Source: Thermoproteota archaeon (GTDB taxonomy: Archaea; Thermoproteota; Thermoprotei_A; EX4484-217-1; JAPDJV01). Taken from it: DNA of 64,000 bases. A program made the position numbers and the translations under genes. Positions within the stretch are counted from its first letter, which is position 1. Every line of letters starts with the position of its first letter. Under the pieces are notes generated by a model. The model worked only from the letters and a program-made list of their open reading frames with translations. It had not been told where the DNA came from and searched no databases. Of the stretch, positions 49,876 through 60,010 are shown one piece after another. The DNA lies in NCBI GenBank assembly GCA_029258925.1, contig JAPDJV010000001.1, positions 9,885 to 73,884 on the forward strand, given 5' to 3'.

Positions 49876-50797
49876 GCCTTATTCTAGGGTCGAGTATGGC
49901 TGAGACTATATCGCCTAGAATGTTCGATATGACTGTTAGTATAGCTATGATTAATATGATTGCTTGAACCACGGGATAGTCTTGTCTAACAATGCTCTTG
50001 TAGAGCAGCCTACCCATTCCAGGCCAGGCGAAAACCGTTTCTATCACAACAGCTCCACCTATAAGCCAGGGTAGTTGTAGGAAAAACATTACTATTACGG
50101 GTATCAAGGCATTTTTGAATGCATGTCTAAATATGACTGTTCTAGAAGGAAGACCTTTAGCCCAAGCAGTTCTAACGTAGTCCTCAGTTAACACCTCAAG
50201 CATTTCAGATCTTATCAACCTAGCAATCATGGCTATTGAGGGTAAAGCTAGAGTCAGTGCGGGTAATATCAGGGATTCTGGCCCACTATAACCTGATAAT
50301 GGAAGCCACTTCAAGTACAATCCGAATAGGAGCATTAGCATTAATCCAAGCCAGAAACCTGGCATGGAGTAGAAGAATATTGCAAAACCCATTGCAAGGT
50401 AATCAATCCAACTTCCCCTCTTTAAAGCTGCAACCACGCCTATCGGTATTCCAATAATGTAAGCTATGATCAAAGATGTTAAAGTTAACTCTATTGTAAA
50501 TGGAAGTCTAGAGAATATTAGATCGCTAACAGGCTGTCTATGAATAATTGATGTCCCGAAGTCTCCTTGAATAAAGTGGCTTAACCAATAAAAATATTGA
50601 ATGTAGATGGGTTTATTTAGACCCCATGCCTCCCTCAGCTCCTCTATCCTGGACGGATCAACTCTTTCTCCGACAATAAGTACTATTGGGTCTCCTGGGA
50701 TCATGTGCATTATTGAAAAAAGGATTATTGATACTCCTAGTATCGCTGGTATTCCCAAGAATATCTTCTTAACAGCATATTTCAGCATTCCAGCCAA
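49859..50797 (-). CDS. peptide ABC transporter permease (OppB/DppB-like)
   Basis: 312 aa, six TM, conserved permease loop. Confidence 0.75.
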   Translation of the reverse strand: MAGMLKYAVKKIFLGIPAILGVSIILFSIMHMIPGDPIVLIVGERVDPSRIEELREAWGLNKPIYIQYFYWLSHFIQGDFGTSIIHRQPVSDLIFSRLPFTIELTLTSLIIAYIIGIPIGVVAALKRGSWIDYLAMGFAIFFYSMPGFWLGLMLMLLFGLYLKWLPLSGYSGPESLILPALTLALPSIAMIARLIRSEMLEVLTEDYVRTAWAKGLPSRTVIFRHAFKNALIPVIVMFFLQLPWLIGGAVVIETVFAWPGMGRLLYKSIVRQDYPVVQAIILIIAILTVISNILGDIVSAILDPRIRLEEAG

Positions 50798-50826
50798 AGC
50801 CGCTTAATCCCTCCCACGCTAGTGGC

Positions 50827-52458
50827 CTATGACTCTCCTATAATTATTTTGACATCATTTATCACGATACTCCCGTAGGGTGGGAGAACTATCAATCCCA
50901 CCACGTTCTTTCTTACAGCAGTGTACTCCTTGTTCACGAAGAGGGGTATCATCGGTAGATCTTCTAGTAGTATGCTTTGAATCCTGCTATACACTTTCGT
51001 CCTCTCAACAGGATCCATAACAGTCCTACCTTCTTCGAGCAACTGGTCGACTGTTGGATTGGCATACGTGTAGTTCGCTATAGTGCCGTGGACCAAGTAA
51101 ATCAGTATATCTGGGTCTGCCCAAGACCATGCTCTCAAAGCTAAGTCGAAATCCCACTCCCTAGTCTTCTGTCTAACATAGGAGTACTCAAACTCCCTAA
51201 CATTAACCTTAATACCTATTTGCTTAAGTTGGTCTTGTATTAGTGGGCCAACTCTCTTGAGCTGTGGCCTGTCTACTGGGACAAGCAATGTTAACTCTAG
51301 TGGTGCACCGTCCTTATCTACATATCCATCGCCATCGGTGTCCGTCCACCCTGCACTGGCCAGTAGGGACTTGGCTTCATCGATGTTCGTGCTGTAAGTG
51401 TTTTTCGCTATCTCCTCGATAGTCTCGTTATAGCACATCATGGATGGAGATATGAAGCAGTACCATGGTATTGAAGTGTTCTCCAATACTTGAACAAGGC
51501 TGTCCCTATCAACAGCTAAAGCTATAGCCTTCCTAACTCTCACATCGTCTAGAGGGGGCTTCCTCACGTTCACCATGATGTAGTCTATTCCTGGTTGAAG
51601 AGTGTAGTAGAGCTTTATGTCTGGGTTCTGCATTAGCCTGCTGACAGCGTCTACAGGCACTCCCCTCACGATATCAACATTCCCAGCCTCTAACTCGCTT
51701 ATTCTCGTTAAGTCTTCAGGTATGAACCTTATTATGACCTCGTCGATGTACGGGTTGGGCCCCTTATTCTCCACGAATGGCAGATTTGTCTTGTACTTGT
51801 CGTTCCTCACTAACACTATGTGTGAGCCGTGGACCCACTCCTTCAGCTTGTAAGGCCCACTCCCAATAGCCTCCACGTTAAACTGCTCGTTACCCATAGA
51901 CCTAGCTGAGACAACGTCGACAGGAGCTCCGTAAACAGTTATTAGAACAGCCCATAAATATGCTGGTGGCTCCTCGCACACTAGTTTGACAGTGTAGTCG
52001 TCTATTATTTCTATTGATGATACTACTGCGAAGTCCTCGGCGTAGGGACTTATCTGCCTATATCTTTCAATAGAGTCCTTTATTACTTGGGCTGTTATGG
52101 GGTTTCCGCTGGAGAATTGAGCGTCTTGTGGCAAGTGGAATATTATCGATTTACCGTTATCCGTTACTTCCCATGAAACAGCCAGGTCGCATACCATGTT
52201 CATGTTTTCGTCGAATACTACTAGGGGCTGATATATTAGGTCGTGGATTTCGTTTGCCCATGAAACTTGTTGGATGTCTAGTCCTTCAGGTTCTTCTGGG
52301 ATAGCTATTACTAGAGTCTTCTTATATTGTATTTGTGGGGTTGGAGATGGCATTAGATGTGGATATATGAAGAATATTATTGGAACAGCTATGGCAACTA
52401 TAATAACTACTGCAATTAATGCATGAATTTTACTAATTGCCCTCCTCGAATAACTCAA
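50827..52458 (-). CDS. extracellular solute-binding protein, family 5 (peptide/nickel SBP) with N-terminal membrane anchor
   Basis: 543 aa; N-terminal TM helix, size and layout of OppA/DppA SBPs. Confidence 0.7.
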   Translation of the reverse strand: MSYSRRAISKIHALIAVVIIVAIAVPIIFFIYPHLMPSPTPQIQYKKTLVIAIPEEPEGLDIQQVSWANEIHDLIYQPLVVFDENMNMVCDLAVSWEVTDNGKSIIFHLPQDAQFSSGNPITAQVIKDSIERYRQISPYAEDFAVVSSIEIIDDYTVKLVCEEPPAYLWAVLITVYGAPVDVVSARSMGNEQFNVEAIGSGPYKLKEWVHGSHIVLVRNDKYKTNLPFVENKGPNPYIDEVIIRFIPEDLTRISELEAGNVDIVRGVPVDAVSRLMQNPDIKLYYTLQPGIDYIMVNVRKPPLDDVRVRKAIALAVDRDSLVQVLENTSIPWYCFISPSMMCYNETIEEIAKNTYSTNIDEAKSLLASAGWTDTDGDGYVDKDGAPLELTLLVPVDRPQLKRVGPLIQDQLKQIGIKVNVREFEYSYVRQKTREWDFDLALRAWSWADPDILIYLVHGTIANYTYANPTVDQLLEEGRTVMDPVERTKVYSRIQSILLEDLPMIPLFVNKEYTAVRKNVVGLIVLPPYGSIVINDVKIIIGES

Positions 52459-52609
52459 TATTCCTCTACCTTCCCACCAAATTCTTTACTTTGGTTTAGC
52501 CTTAAGGGTCATATTTAAGTTTTAATGAGGAGAGAAGTCTTTTAATTAAATAATTCTAAATATTAGTATTTGGCTCTGCTCGCATTCTCGATAATTTTTA
52601 TTTAGTTGA

Positions 52610-53863
52610 TTAAATACAGTTCAATTCGTCCTCTGAGAATACTATGTTTCCTTTAACGATAGTTAAACTAGGCTTACCCTTAAGTCTTAATCCTTTAAAT
52701 GGAGAGTACTTCGCTTTGGATTTGAATTCAGCCGGGTTTATCGTGAACTCCTCTCCAATGTTGATTATTGTGAGAGATGCAGGTGAACCTGGAGTAATAC
52801 TACCATACCCTTTAAGTCCTAGGATTTCGGCTGGTCCCCTACTAGTTAAGTTAACGAATTCTTTAATCGATATAACCCCGTATTCGACAAATGTCCACAT
52901 TAACGGTATTAAAGTTTCTAGACCCGGAATACCCGGCGGACACTTATTAAATTCTAACGATTTCTCATCTACGCTGTGGGGAGTGTGGTTGCTTGTTATT
53001 GCATCAATCCATCCCTCAATTAAGGCTTCAACCAGTCCTTCAACTATATCCTCGGGTCTTAGGGGTGGATCTACTTTAGCTAAACACTTCATAGATTTCT
53101 CGTGGTCACAGTCGAGGAGTAAGTAGTGGGGTGAAGTATCTACGGTTGCACCACCTATTTTAGCTAACAGTACTCCGCTTCTACAAGTCATGTGAGTAAA
53201 GTGGACTCTTACTCCAGTGTCCTCAGTTATCTCTAAAACTCTCTTAATGTACTCTCTTTCAACCTTAATACTTCTATCAATCCACCTAAATCCTGCCTCG
53301 CAGCGTTCCTCAGAACTTCTCATTTGAGCACTGTTGAAGACTATGATCTTCCCCGTTGAAGCAACTATTTTAGCGATGTTTGAAATCATGTCGATGTTCT
53401 CTAGGTCCTCTGGGATTACCTCGAATCCCAGTACTCTGCAGTGTTTTGCAAGCATCCATGCCTCCTCGACGCTGTCAGGTACTCCAGCGTAACAATAATA
53501 TTCCGGAGCGTTTTCCCTAACATAAGACTTCAATTTCTCCTCTAACACTGAAACAGATTTTACTTGGGGAAGAGTATTCGGGGAATCCACTACTACAACG
53601 ATCCCCCCAGACCCCGCTGCGCTTAGACCCGATTCCCCATCCTCCTTATACGAATATTTCAACCCCATTAAATGAGCGTGTATGTCGATTACTCCAGGTA
53701 TCAGAACATACTTGTTCTCCTCGGTGAAATCTAGTTCAACTTGTCCTTGAACGCTGTGAAGAGGACCATAAACACCAGTTATAATACCGTTGCTGATAGT
53801 GACTGTTGCTAAAACAGTCGTATTACCATGCACTATTTTACCTTTATAAACAATATCTTCCAT
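52610..53863 (-). CDS. dihydroorotase-like cyclic amidohydrolase, paralog of pyrC
   Basis: 417 aa; co-linear with pyrC at 22877..24130 (same length, shared IDIHAHL..SYKED..DSPNT blocks), ~40% identical by eye. Confidence 0.6.
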   Translation of the reverse strand: MEDIVYKGKIVHGNTTVLATVTISNGIITGVYGPLHSVQGQVELDFTEENKYVLIPGVIDIHAHLMGLKYSYKEDGESGLSAAGSGGIVVVVDSPNTLPQVKSVSVLEEKLKSYVRENAPEYYCYAGVPDSVEEAWMLAKHCRVLGFEVIPEDLENIDMISNIAKIVASTGKIIVFNSAQMRSSEERCEAGFRWIDRSIKVEREYIKRVLEITEDTGVRVHFTHMTCRSGVLLAKIGGATVDTSPHYLLLDCDHEKSMKCLAKVDPPLRPEDIVEGLVEALIEGWIDAITSNHTPHSVDEKSLEFNKCPPGIPGLETLIPLMWTFVEYGVISIKEFVNLTSRGPAEILGLKGYGSITPGSPASLTIINIGEEFTINPAEFKSKAKYSPFKGLRLKGKPSLTIVKGNIVFSEDELNCI

Positions 53864-54080
53864 AAGCTAACCCACACTACTGGAGTCGTTCCCTACTAAA
53901 ATGTTTACCTACACGACACTATTTTATGGTTGCTTAATTCCATGCCTACATCTAAATTCTCCCATCAAATACGTAACTGTTCGAAGCCATTCTACAGGGA
54001 TTAGAGCTTCCATCGGTCCTTAAACCTATATATCGTGGAGGAGGATACTGTTCACACGAGTCCACGGGGAGGGGGAAGGA

Positions 54081-54953
54081 GTGGATGTAGAGTTCTTGGC
54101 CTTCGATAGCATGGGTGTTAGATCGCAGTCAACCATTATTAGAACAAAAGACTTGACAATACATATTGATCCAGCAGCCGCACTTGCACCTAGAAGATAC
54201 GGTTATCCTCCACACGAGTTAGAGCTGAGAAGACTGGTAGAGCTTTGTGAAATTATCGCTGATAGAGCTAGGGAGGCAGACGTAATAATTATAACACACT
54301 ACCACTACGACCACCACGACCCAGGCCGCCTAGTACCGATAGAGATCTATAAGGGGAAAACGGTTTACATTAAGGACCCCGAGAGAAAAATCAATCTAAG
54401 TCAGAAAATTAGGGCTAGAAGGTTCATTAACCTCATCAAGCCCATAGCTAGGAAAATAGAGATCGCTGACTCCAGGACTCTAAGCATAGGCGACACTGCC
54501 ATAAAATTCTCTAAACCTGTTCCACACGGCTCTAACAATAAATTGGGGTATGTCGTAGAGGTATCGATATCTGACGGAGAGCAGAAATTAGTGTTTTCAT
54601 CGGATGTCGAGGGGCCTGTCCTCGGAGAACAAGTTGAATTCATATTAGCAGAGAAGCCAGACATGGCGATAATAGACGGGCCAATGACATACATGCTCGG
54701 ATATAGGTATAGTTTTGAAAGCTTGAAGCAAAGCATTGAAAACTTAAGGAAGATAATTATGAACGGAACTAAAACCATTGTTCTAGACCACCATCTGCTT
54801 AGGGATCTGGAATATAAGAATAGGATTAGTGAAGTACTCGACACTGCCTCGATTATGGGAGCCAGAATACTATCCGCAGCAGAATACATGGGGCAGCCTT
54901 TGAACATGTTGGAGGCAAATAGAAGAAAACTTTACCAGGAAAATAAATGTTAA
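54081..54953 (+). CDS. metallo-beta-lactamase-fold hydrolase
   Basis: 290 aa; HYHYDHHDP (HxHxDH) motif. Confidence 0.5.
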   Translation: MDVEFLAFDSMGVRSQSTIIRTKDLTIHIDPAAALAPRRYGYPPHELELRRLVELCEIIADRAREADVIIITHYHYDHHDPGRLVPIEIYKGKTVYIKDPERKINLSQKIRARRFINLIKPIARKIEIADSRTLSIGDTAIKFSKPVPHGSNNKLGYVVEVSISDGEQKLVFSSDVEGPVLGEQVEFILAEKPDMAIIDGPMTYMLGYRYSFESLKQSIENLRKIIMNGTKTIVLDHHLLRDLEYKNRISEVLDTASIMGARILSAAEYMGQPLNMLEANRRKLYQENKC

Positions 54954-55032
54954 GAGAAGCCTTCGGGAGGCTGTACTCGAGGACTTCAAATATTAATGAG
55001 GACCCATTAAAGCCTTCTTAAATGTTCTTGAA

Positions 55033-56889
55033 TTAGCGAGATTGATGGATACGTCTTGGTTTAAATAAGAGTAAGAGTACTGGTACTGCCAGTAATAGAA
55101 ACCCTATTATCATTCTAACTACGTCTTCATTCAAACCCATTTTAGGCGATGTTGTTATCTCCACTTTCATGCTGCCTTTAGGCTCTACATGTACTATTCT
55201 CTCAGGGTATTCAGATAGGTAGGCTAGTACTATAATGCTTGTAGTTTCAACATTACATGTAGACCACGAAGTCCCCGCTGTCCAAGGACTTGGACTATAT
55301 TGTGTTCTAAAGCCTCCTGTAGCTGGATCCTGCATGAACGCTATCATCAGGCTAATGTTTTCTATTAGCTGGGAGTACTTTGATGAATATGCGTTGTCTA
55401 CTACACAGAGAGACCTCCATGAATAATATAGTAAAGCCAGCTTAAACGTATCATATGCTTGGTTAACGTAGAATGCTTTGTCTCTGAATCCCCGTCCATC
55501 GTATAAGCAGAGAAGTTTCTCCCATAATGTCTTCGCACTATCAACAGAGGAATCCATAAATTCCCTAAGAATTCTTAGGGCAACAAGGTCCGCGTAAGCA
55601 ACATAGTCTTTGAAGGGTTTCGAGAGATCACTATGATTTTCGAAGATAATGGTGTACCCGTCTATGGTCTCTAATATCTCATTTTCACCCATTAAAGGAG
55701 TATTCCCCCGCCAATGAGGCTTCACTCCTAGAAGTACCTCGTGGTGATTGTTATATCCGTTAGCATATTTAGCGGAGAGCAAACCAGTGATTCTGTCCCC
55801 TAGCTCCGAGCCTAATACTTCAAGTGCTCTAGAAGCAAGCAGGTTGTCTGCTGCAATATATATCCTCGACCTTCCCGATTTGTCATCGGACTCGTAGAGT
55901 AAACCAATATTGTCAACATAGTGTGATTCAAGATATTTCCTAGCCATATCCCAGTCGGCCACCCAACTCGACAATACTGCTCCTCCCTTCAGCCTCCTGA
56001 TGAAAGCCCACGTGACTCTTAGAAGATAATATGGGTCACACTTATTGTAGTAATCGTAGTGCGGCTCGATCATAGTCCTCTCATGGTATTCGTTCCACGA
56101 AGTTATTGCAACAATTTTAATATTGTTCACCATATGAACAACGTTCATCCACTCTCTAACATACACTCCGAGAGTTAAGTCGGGGTCGACCCTCCTAGAA
56201 GCATTCCTCCCACTAGCCCCCGCCAAAGCCAGGAAGTATTCGTCGTATCTGGGTGCAACACTGACATAGCCGTCGACACATATCTTATTGGAGAAATCCA
56301 CGTAACTCCATTCTCTCCCAACAACTCTAATATTAAATCTTGCATCAACTACTCTGCCGATAATATTTGAAGCTTCAACCCATATTAGTAAGAGAGGTTT
56401 GCCTTCGAATATGTAGTAGGAGTGATTATAGTTTTCGACATAATTATTCCAAATATAATTAAGCACATAGCTAACATTAAATTTCTCTACCGCTCCCCTC
56501 TCTACCATCAATGCCGCCTTCAATCCATATTCTTCTAATAGGTTGAATAGTGTCCTACTGGCATTATCCTCATAGCTCCAAGGACCCCACCAGCTGACAA
56601 AGAGTACATCTATACCTATTCTCTTCATGATCTCCAGTTGCCACCTGACTACAGTTTCATTCATTGAAGAATAATATCCCTTGAGAGGTTTGTCTACAAC
56701 AACTGTATCATTATCCCCATTCCAATGGCGGTTACCTAGCCCTCCACCATACCACGGATAATAGTATACTGCAACTACGGGCTTTGAGAAACTTTTCATG
56801 TCTGGAACTATGTTAAATTCTACAGCTTTAAGCACCACTGGAACTATTAAGAGTGCGAGCAATATTATTGCGCAAGTAAATGCTCTCAT
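55033..56889 (-). CDS. secreted, C-terminally anchored glycoside-hydrolase-like protein, N-terminal GH99 (endo-alpha-mannosidase)-like domain
   Basis: 618 aa; signal peptide, VYYYPWYGG..RHWNG and VLFVSWWGPW blocks parallel GH99 YYSWYGN..HWNH and LALSWY; many N-x-S/T sequons; C-terminal TM plus basic tail. Confidence 0.45.
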   Translation of the reverse strand: MRAFTCAIILLALLIVPVVLKAVEFNIVPDMKSFSKPVVAVYYYPWYGGGLGNRHWNGDNDTVVVDKPLKGYYSSMNETVVRWQLEIMKRIGIDVLFVSWWGPWSYEDNASRTLFNLLEEYGLKAALMVERGAVEKFNVSYVLNYIWNNYVENYNHSYYIFEGKPLLLIWVEASNIIGRVVDARFNIRVVGREWSYVDFSNKICVDGYVSVAPRYDEYFLALAGASGRNASRRVDPDLTLGVYVREWMNVVHMVNNIKIVAITSWNEYHERTMIEPHYDYYNKCDPYYLLRVTWAFIRRLKGGAVLSSWVADWDMARKYLESHYVDNIGLLYESDDKSGRSRIYIAADNLLASRALEVLGSELGDRITGLLSAKYANGYNNHHEVLLGVKPHWRGNTPLMGENEILETIDGYTIIFENHSDLSKPFKDYVAYADLVALRILREFMDSSVDSAKTLWEKLLCLYDGRGFRDKAFYVNQAYDTFKLALLYYSWRSLCVVDNAYSSKYSQLIENISLMIAFMQDPATGGFRTQYSPSPWTAGTSWSTCNVETTSIIVLAYLSEYPERIVHVEPKGSMKVEITTSPKMGLNEDVVRMIIGFLLLAVPVLLLLFKPRRIHQSR

Positions 56890-57137
56890 AGAGGTCGGAT
56901 ACTAGATATAAATCTATAAGTATATAGTTTTACCTTAGTTGGCTTCTAAGAGTTGTTCACAGAAAGCTGCATAAACAGCTTTGTTAAGTAATTTAGAAAG
57001 TTTAGATCACATGAAACTCGTGAGATTTCCTAATCCACGTTTCAGATTTGAAAAGCACGATAATGATAATATTTCATATTAAGTCAAGTATTTTGAGATT
57101 TATAAGTATCTTAGTTCAATATTATATAAGTGGTGAT

Positions 57138-57368
57138 AACATGCGTAGAGTTGCAGGTATATTGATAGCAGATAACATTATGGTGGAAGATACGGACACC
57201 ATTATAGTTATTCCAGGAGGAGTCAGGATCAGGGTTGAGGGATTGAAAATAGATGTCCCAGAGGAATGCAAGCCGCCTCTTCTAGTATCCATATTCGAAG
57301 ATGAAATTCAAATATCTAGAATTGCAGGTTCGTGTACCATTTATATTCCAATGGAGAAAACCGGATGA
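57138..57368 (+). CDS. small hypothetical protein
   Basis: Internal Met of ORF 57048..57368; no motif. Confidence 0.15.
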   Translation, partial: NMRRVAGILIADNIMVEDTDTIIVIPGGVRIRVEGLKIDVPEECKPPLLVSIFEDEIQISRIAGSCTIYIPMEKTG

Positions 57369-57411
57369 CTTTGTTCGATGGAAATGGGAATAATTGTTTT
57401 AGCAACGTGGT

Positions 57412-59859
57412 TCAAGGCAATATGCTGAACGTTATCTCCGGATGGTCTACAACCTCGTGTTCTCCCCTACCTTCATCCTCTACTATCAATTCTTTGATTC
57501 TTAAAGTTCCCTTAATATCCTCCAATCCCCTCTCAACAATCTCCTTTAGTGGACCAGCATATATCGTTACGCTGCTTATTGGAGCGCTGAGCGCGATCTT
57601 CATGTCATGCTTTACTCTCCTAATAGAGGCTATCACATCTATTATTAGTTCACCTGCTTTAGCCCTGTCTTTATTAGCTATTCTCATGGGTTCAGGCCAT
57701 TCAGCTATCGTTATGCTTTTCCATGGCTCATGTTTGGAGTAGAGTATGTGGTATATCTCCTCTGTTATGAAGGGTGCGAAAACCGAGAGCATTCTCAAGG
57801 TGTTTAGCAGGACATGGTATAACGTGAACTGTGCTCCTTCCCTGTACTCCCCGTCTTTCCCTGCAATCCTGTATTTCACTGCTTCCAAGTAGTGGTCGCA
57901 TAGTTTGTGCCAGAAGAAGTCTATTATTGTTGAGCCTGCTCTTTGGAAATCGAATTTTTCGAATGCATCCGTAATTGCTTCAATTGTCTCGTCTAGGAGG
58001 GATAGAATCCAATGGTCTACATCCCTTAACTCCACCTTAACGCTCTTTGAGGGAGTATAGTCTTCTAGAGCTATTGAAATTAGTCTTGCAGCATTCCACA
58101 CTTTCACCAGAAATCTCCAACAATAATCGACTAGTTGCCAGTTGAATCTAACGTCCTGGCCTGTTGCGGCAGATGTGGCAGCCCACAGTCTGAACGCGTC
58201 TGCGCCGTACTTGTCTAAAACCTCTGTTAGACTCACGTAGTTTCCATAACTCTTATGCATCATTCTGCCATCAGTTCCCCTGACCATGCCGTTTATCAAA
58301 GCGACTTTAAACTGTGGTTTCCCGAATAATGCTACACCTCTAACTATGAGATAGTAGTCCCAAGACCTTATTATGTCGTAACCGTTTGGCTGGAGGTCTG
58401 CTGGGAACAGCCTTTCATCGACGTTGTCTGGCCATCCAGCATGTACCGCTGCTGTAATACTGGAATCCATCCAAGTGTCCATTACGTCTGTTTCAGGATA
58501 TATTTCTCCGCCGCACTGAGGACATTTGTCTATTGGAGGCTTGTCTCTTCTAGGGTCTATTGGAAGCCAGCTTGGATCAGCAACTATGATGTGCCCGTTT
58601 TTACAGTACCATACTGGGAAGGGTGTGGCGAAGATTCTTTGCCTACTTATAGGCCAATCCCAGTCAACGCTTTCAACCCAGTCGAGTAATCTTTTCTTAG
58701 CGTACTCGGGCACCCATTTTATTTGGTCTGCTGCCTTCCTTATCTCCTCTCTTAGTTCAATAGTCTTCACGAACCATTGCTCCTTGGGTATTATTTCTAC
58801 AGGAGTGTGGCATCTCCAGCACGTACCAATATTACTCACTATGCCCTCCTCTTTCACGTATAGACCTTCTTCTCTTAACTTAAGGATTGTTTTCTCCCTA
58901 GCCTCCACTATAGTTAGACCCCTTAGATCCTCCAACGCGTTATCAGTCATTCTACCCTTCTCGTCTACACCCTTTATTATTGGGAGACCGTGTTTTTTCT
59001 GCCATCTTACGTCAGTTTTGTCGCCATAGGTGCAGACCATTACGACTCCTGTGCCAAACTCCGGATCAACGTCTCTATCACCAATTATCGGTATCACTCT
59101 ATTATATAATGGTACAATGGCTTTCTTCCCTATCAGGTTCTTATACCGGTTGTCCTCTGGATGCACGAGAAGTGAGACACATGATACTAGAAGTTCCGGT
59201 CTAGTTGAAGCAACAGTGATCTCCCCTCCCTCCTCAAGTTTAAACTTGAAATAAACTAGGTGTCTTCTCTCAGCTCTATACTCGACTTCTGCTTCGGCTA
59301 AAGCTGTTTCACATCTTGGACACCAGTGTACTGGGTGAACTCCCCTATAAGCCAGACCCTTTCTGTACATTTCTATGAAGCTTAGCTGTGTTCTCCTCCA
59401 GTAATCTGGGTTCATCGTCTCGTATTCCGAGGTCCAGTCAATACTACATCCAAGCCTCCTAATAGCCTCCTTCATCGGCTTAATCCAGTTCTTGGTGAAT
59501 TCAACACATAGCTTGTAGAAGTATTCCTTAGGTACTTCGCTCTTCGATTTTCCAATAGCTCTCTCCACCCTAACCTCCGTTGGAAGACCGTGGCAATCCC
59601 ATCCTTGGGGGAAGAGAACGTTGTATCCTCTCATTCTCTTATATCTTGCAACGAAGTCTATGTAAGAGTGGTTTAAGGCGTTTCCTACATGAAATTCTCC
59701 GCTAGGGTAGGGGGGTGGCGTGTTTATGCAATATGTTGGTTTATCTCTGTCTTCTCTGTCAAATCTATAAACTCCCCACTCCTCCCATTTTTTTAACCAC
59801 TTTTCCTCTATTGCTCTAAAATCAAATCTTTTAGGCATTTTCATGGACAATTCGACCAC
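57412..59859 (-). CDS. class Ia aminoacyl-tRNA synthetase of the Val/Ile/Leu family, most likely valyl-tRNA synthetase; atypical HVGN and MMHKS signature motifs
   Basis: 815 aa; TPPPYPSGEFHVGN (HIGH region), ARYKRMRGYNVLFPQGWDCHGLPTE, CP1 GTGVVMV, Zn knuckle CPQCG, DVMDTWMDSS..GWP, GRMMHKSYGN..YGADAFRLW (KMSKS region). Confidence 0.6.
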   Translation of the reverse strand: MVELSMKMPKRFDFRAIEEKWLKKWEEWGVYRFDREDRDKPTYCINTPPPYPSGEFHVGNALNHSYIDFVARYKRMRGYNVLFPQGWDCHGLPTEVRVERAIGKSKSEVPKEYFYKLCVEFTKNWIKPMKEAIRRLGCSIDWTSEYETMNPDYWRRTQLSFIEMYRKGLAYRGVHPVHWCPRCETALAEAEVEYRAERRHLVYFKFKLEEGGEITVASTRPELLVSCVSLLVHPEDNRYKNLIGKKAIVPLYNRVIPIIGDRDVDPEFGTGVVMVCTYGDKTDVRWQKKHGLPIIKGVDEKGRMTDNALEDLRGLTIVEAREKTILKLREEGLYVKEEGIVSNIGTCWRCHTPVEIIPKEQWFVKTIELREEIRKAADQIKWVPEYAKKRLLDWVESVDWDWPISRQRIFATPFPVWYCKNGHIIVADPSWLPIDPRRDKPPIDKCPQCGGEIYPETDVMDTWMDSSITAAVHAGWPDNVDERLFPADLQPNGYDIIRSWDYYLIVRGVALFGKPQFKVALINGMVRGTDGRMMHKSYGNYVSLTEVLDKYGADAFRLWAATSAATGQDVRFNWQLVDYCWRFLVKVWNAARLISIALEDYTPSKSVKVELRDVDHWILSLLDETIEAITDAFEKFDFQRAGSTIIDFFWHKLCDHYLEAVKYRIAGKDGEYREGAQFTLYHVLLNTLRMLSVFAPFITEEIYHILYSKHEPWKSITIAEWPEPMRIANKDRAKAGELIIDVIASIRRVKHDMKIALSAPISSVTIYAGPLKEIVERGLEDIKGTLRIKELIVEDEGRGEHEVVDHPEITFSILP

Positions 59860-60010
59860 TCTTCTTAGCAGTACTTAAGGTCTTTGATTGAATCTGGCCT
59901 ATAGAAATATTTCTCTGAAACATTAATAAATGTAAGTTGCTCATTACTACTTTAAAGCAAAAGGTTACGAATTCAAGTCCTGCATAGTATTTGAAGAGGG
60001 GCCTGGAAAA

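Noticed and set aside
53864-54080. tRNA-like GTTCGAAGCC motif and CGTGGA/TCCACG hairpin upstream of the MBL hydrolase gene
   Set aside because: No acceptor or anticodon stem could be built; the hairpin overlaps the ribosome-binding region and is more likely a translational or regulatory element, not an RNA gene.
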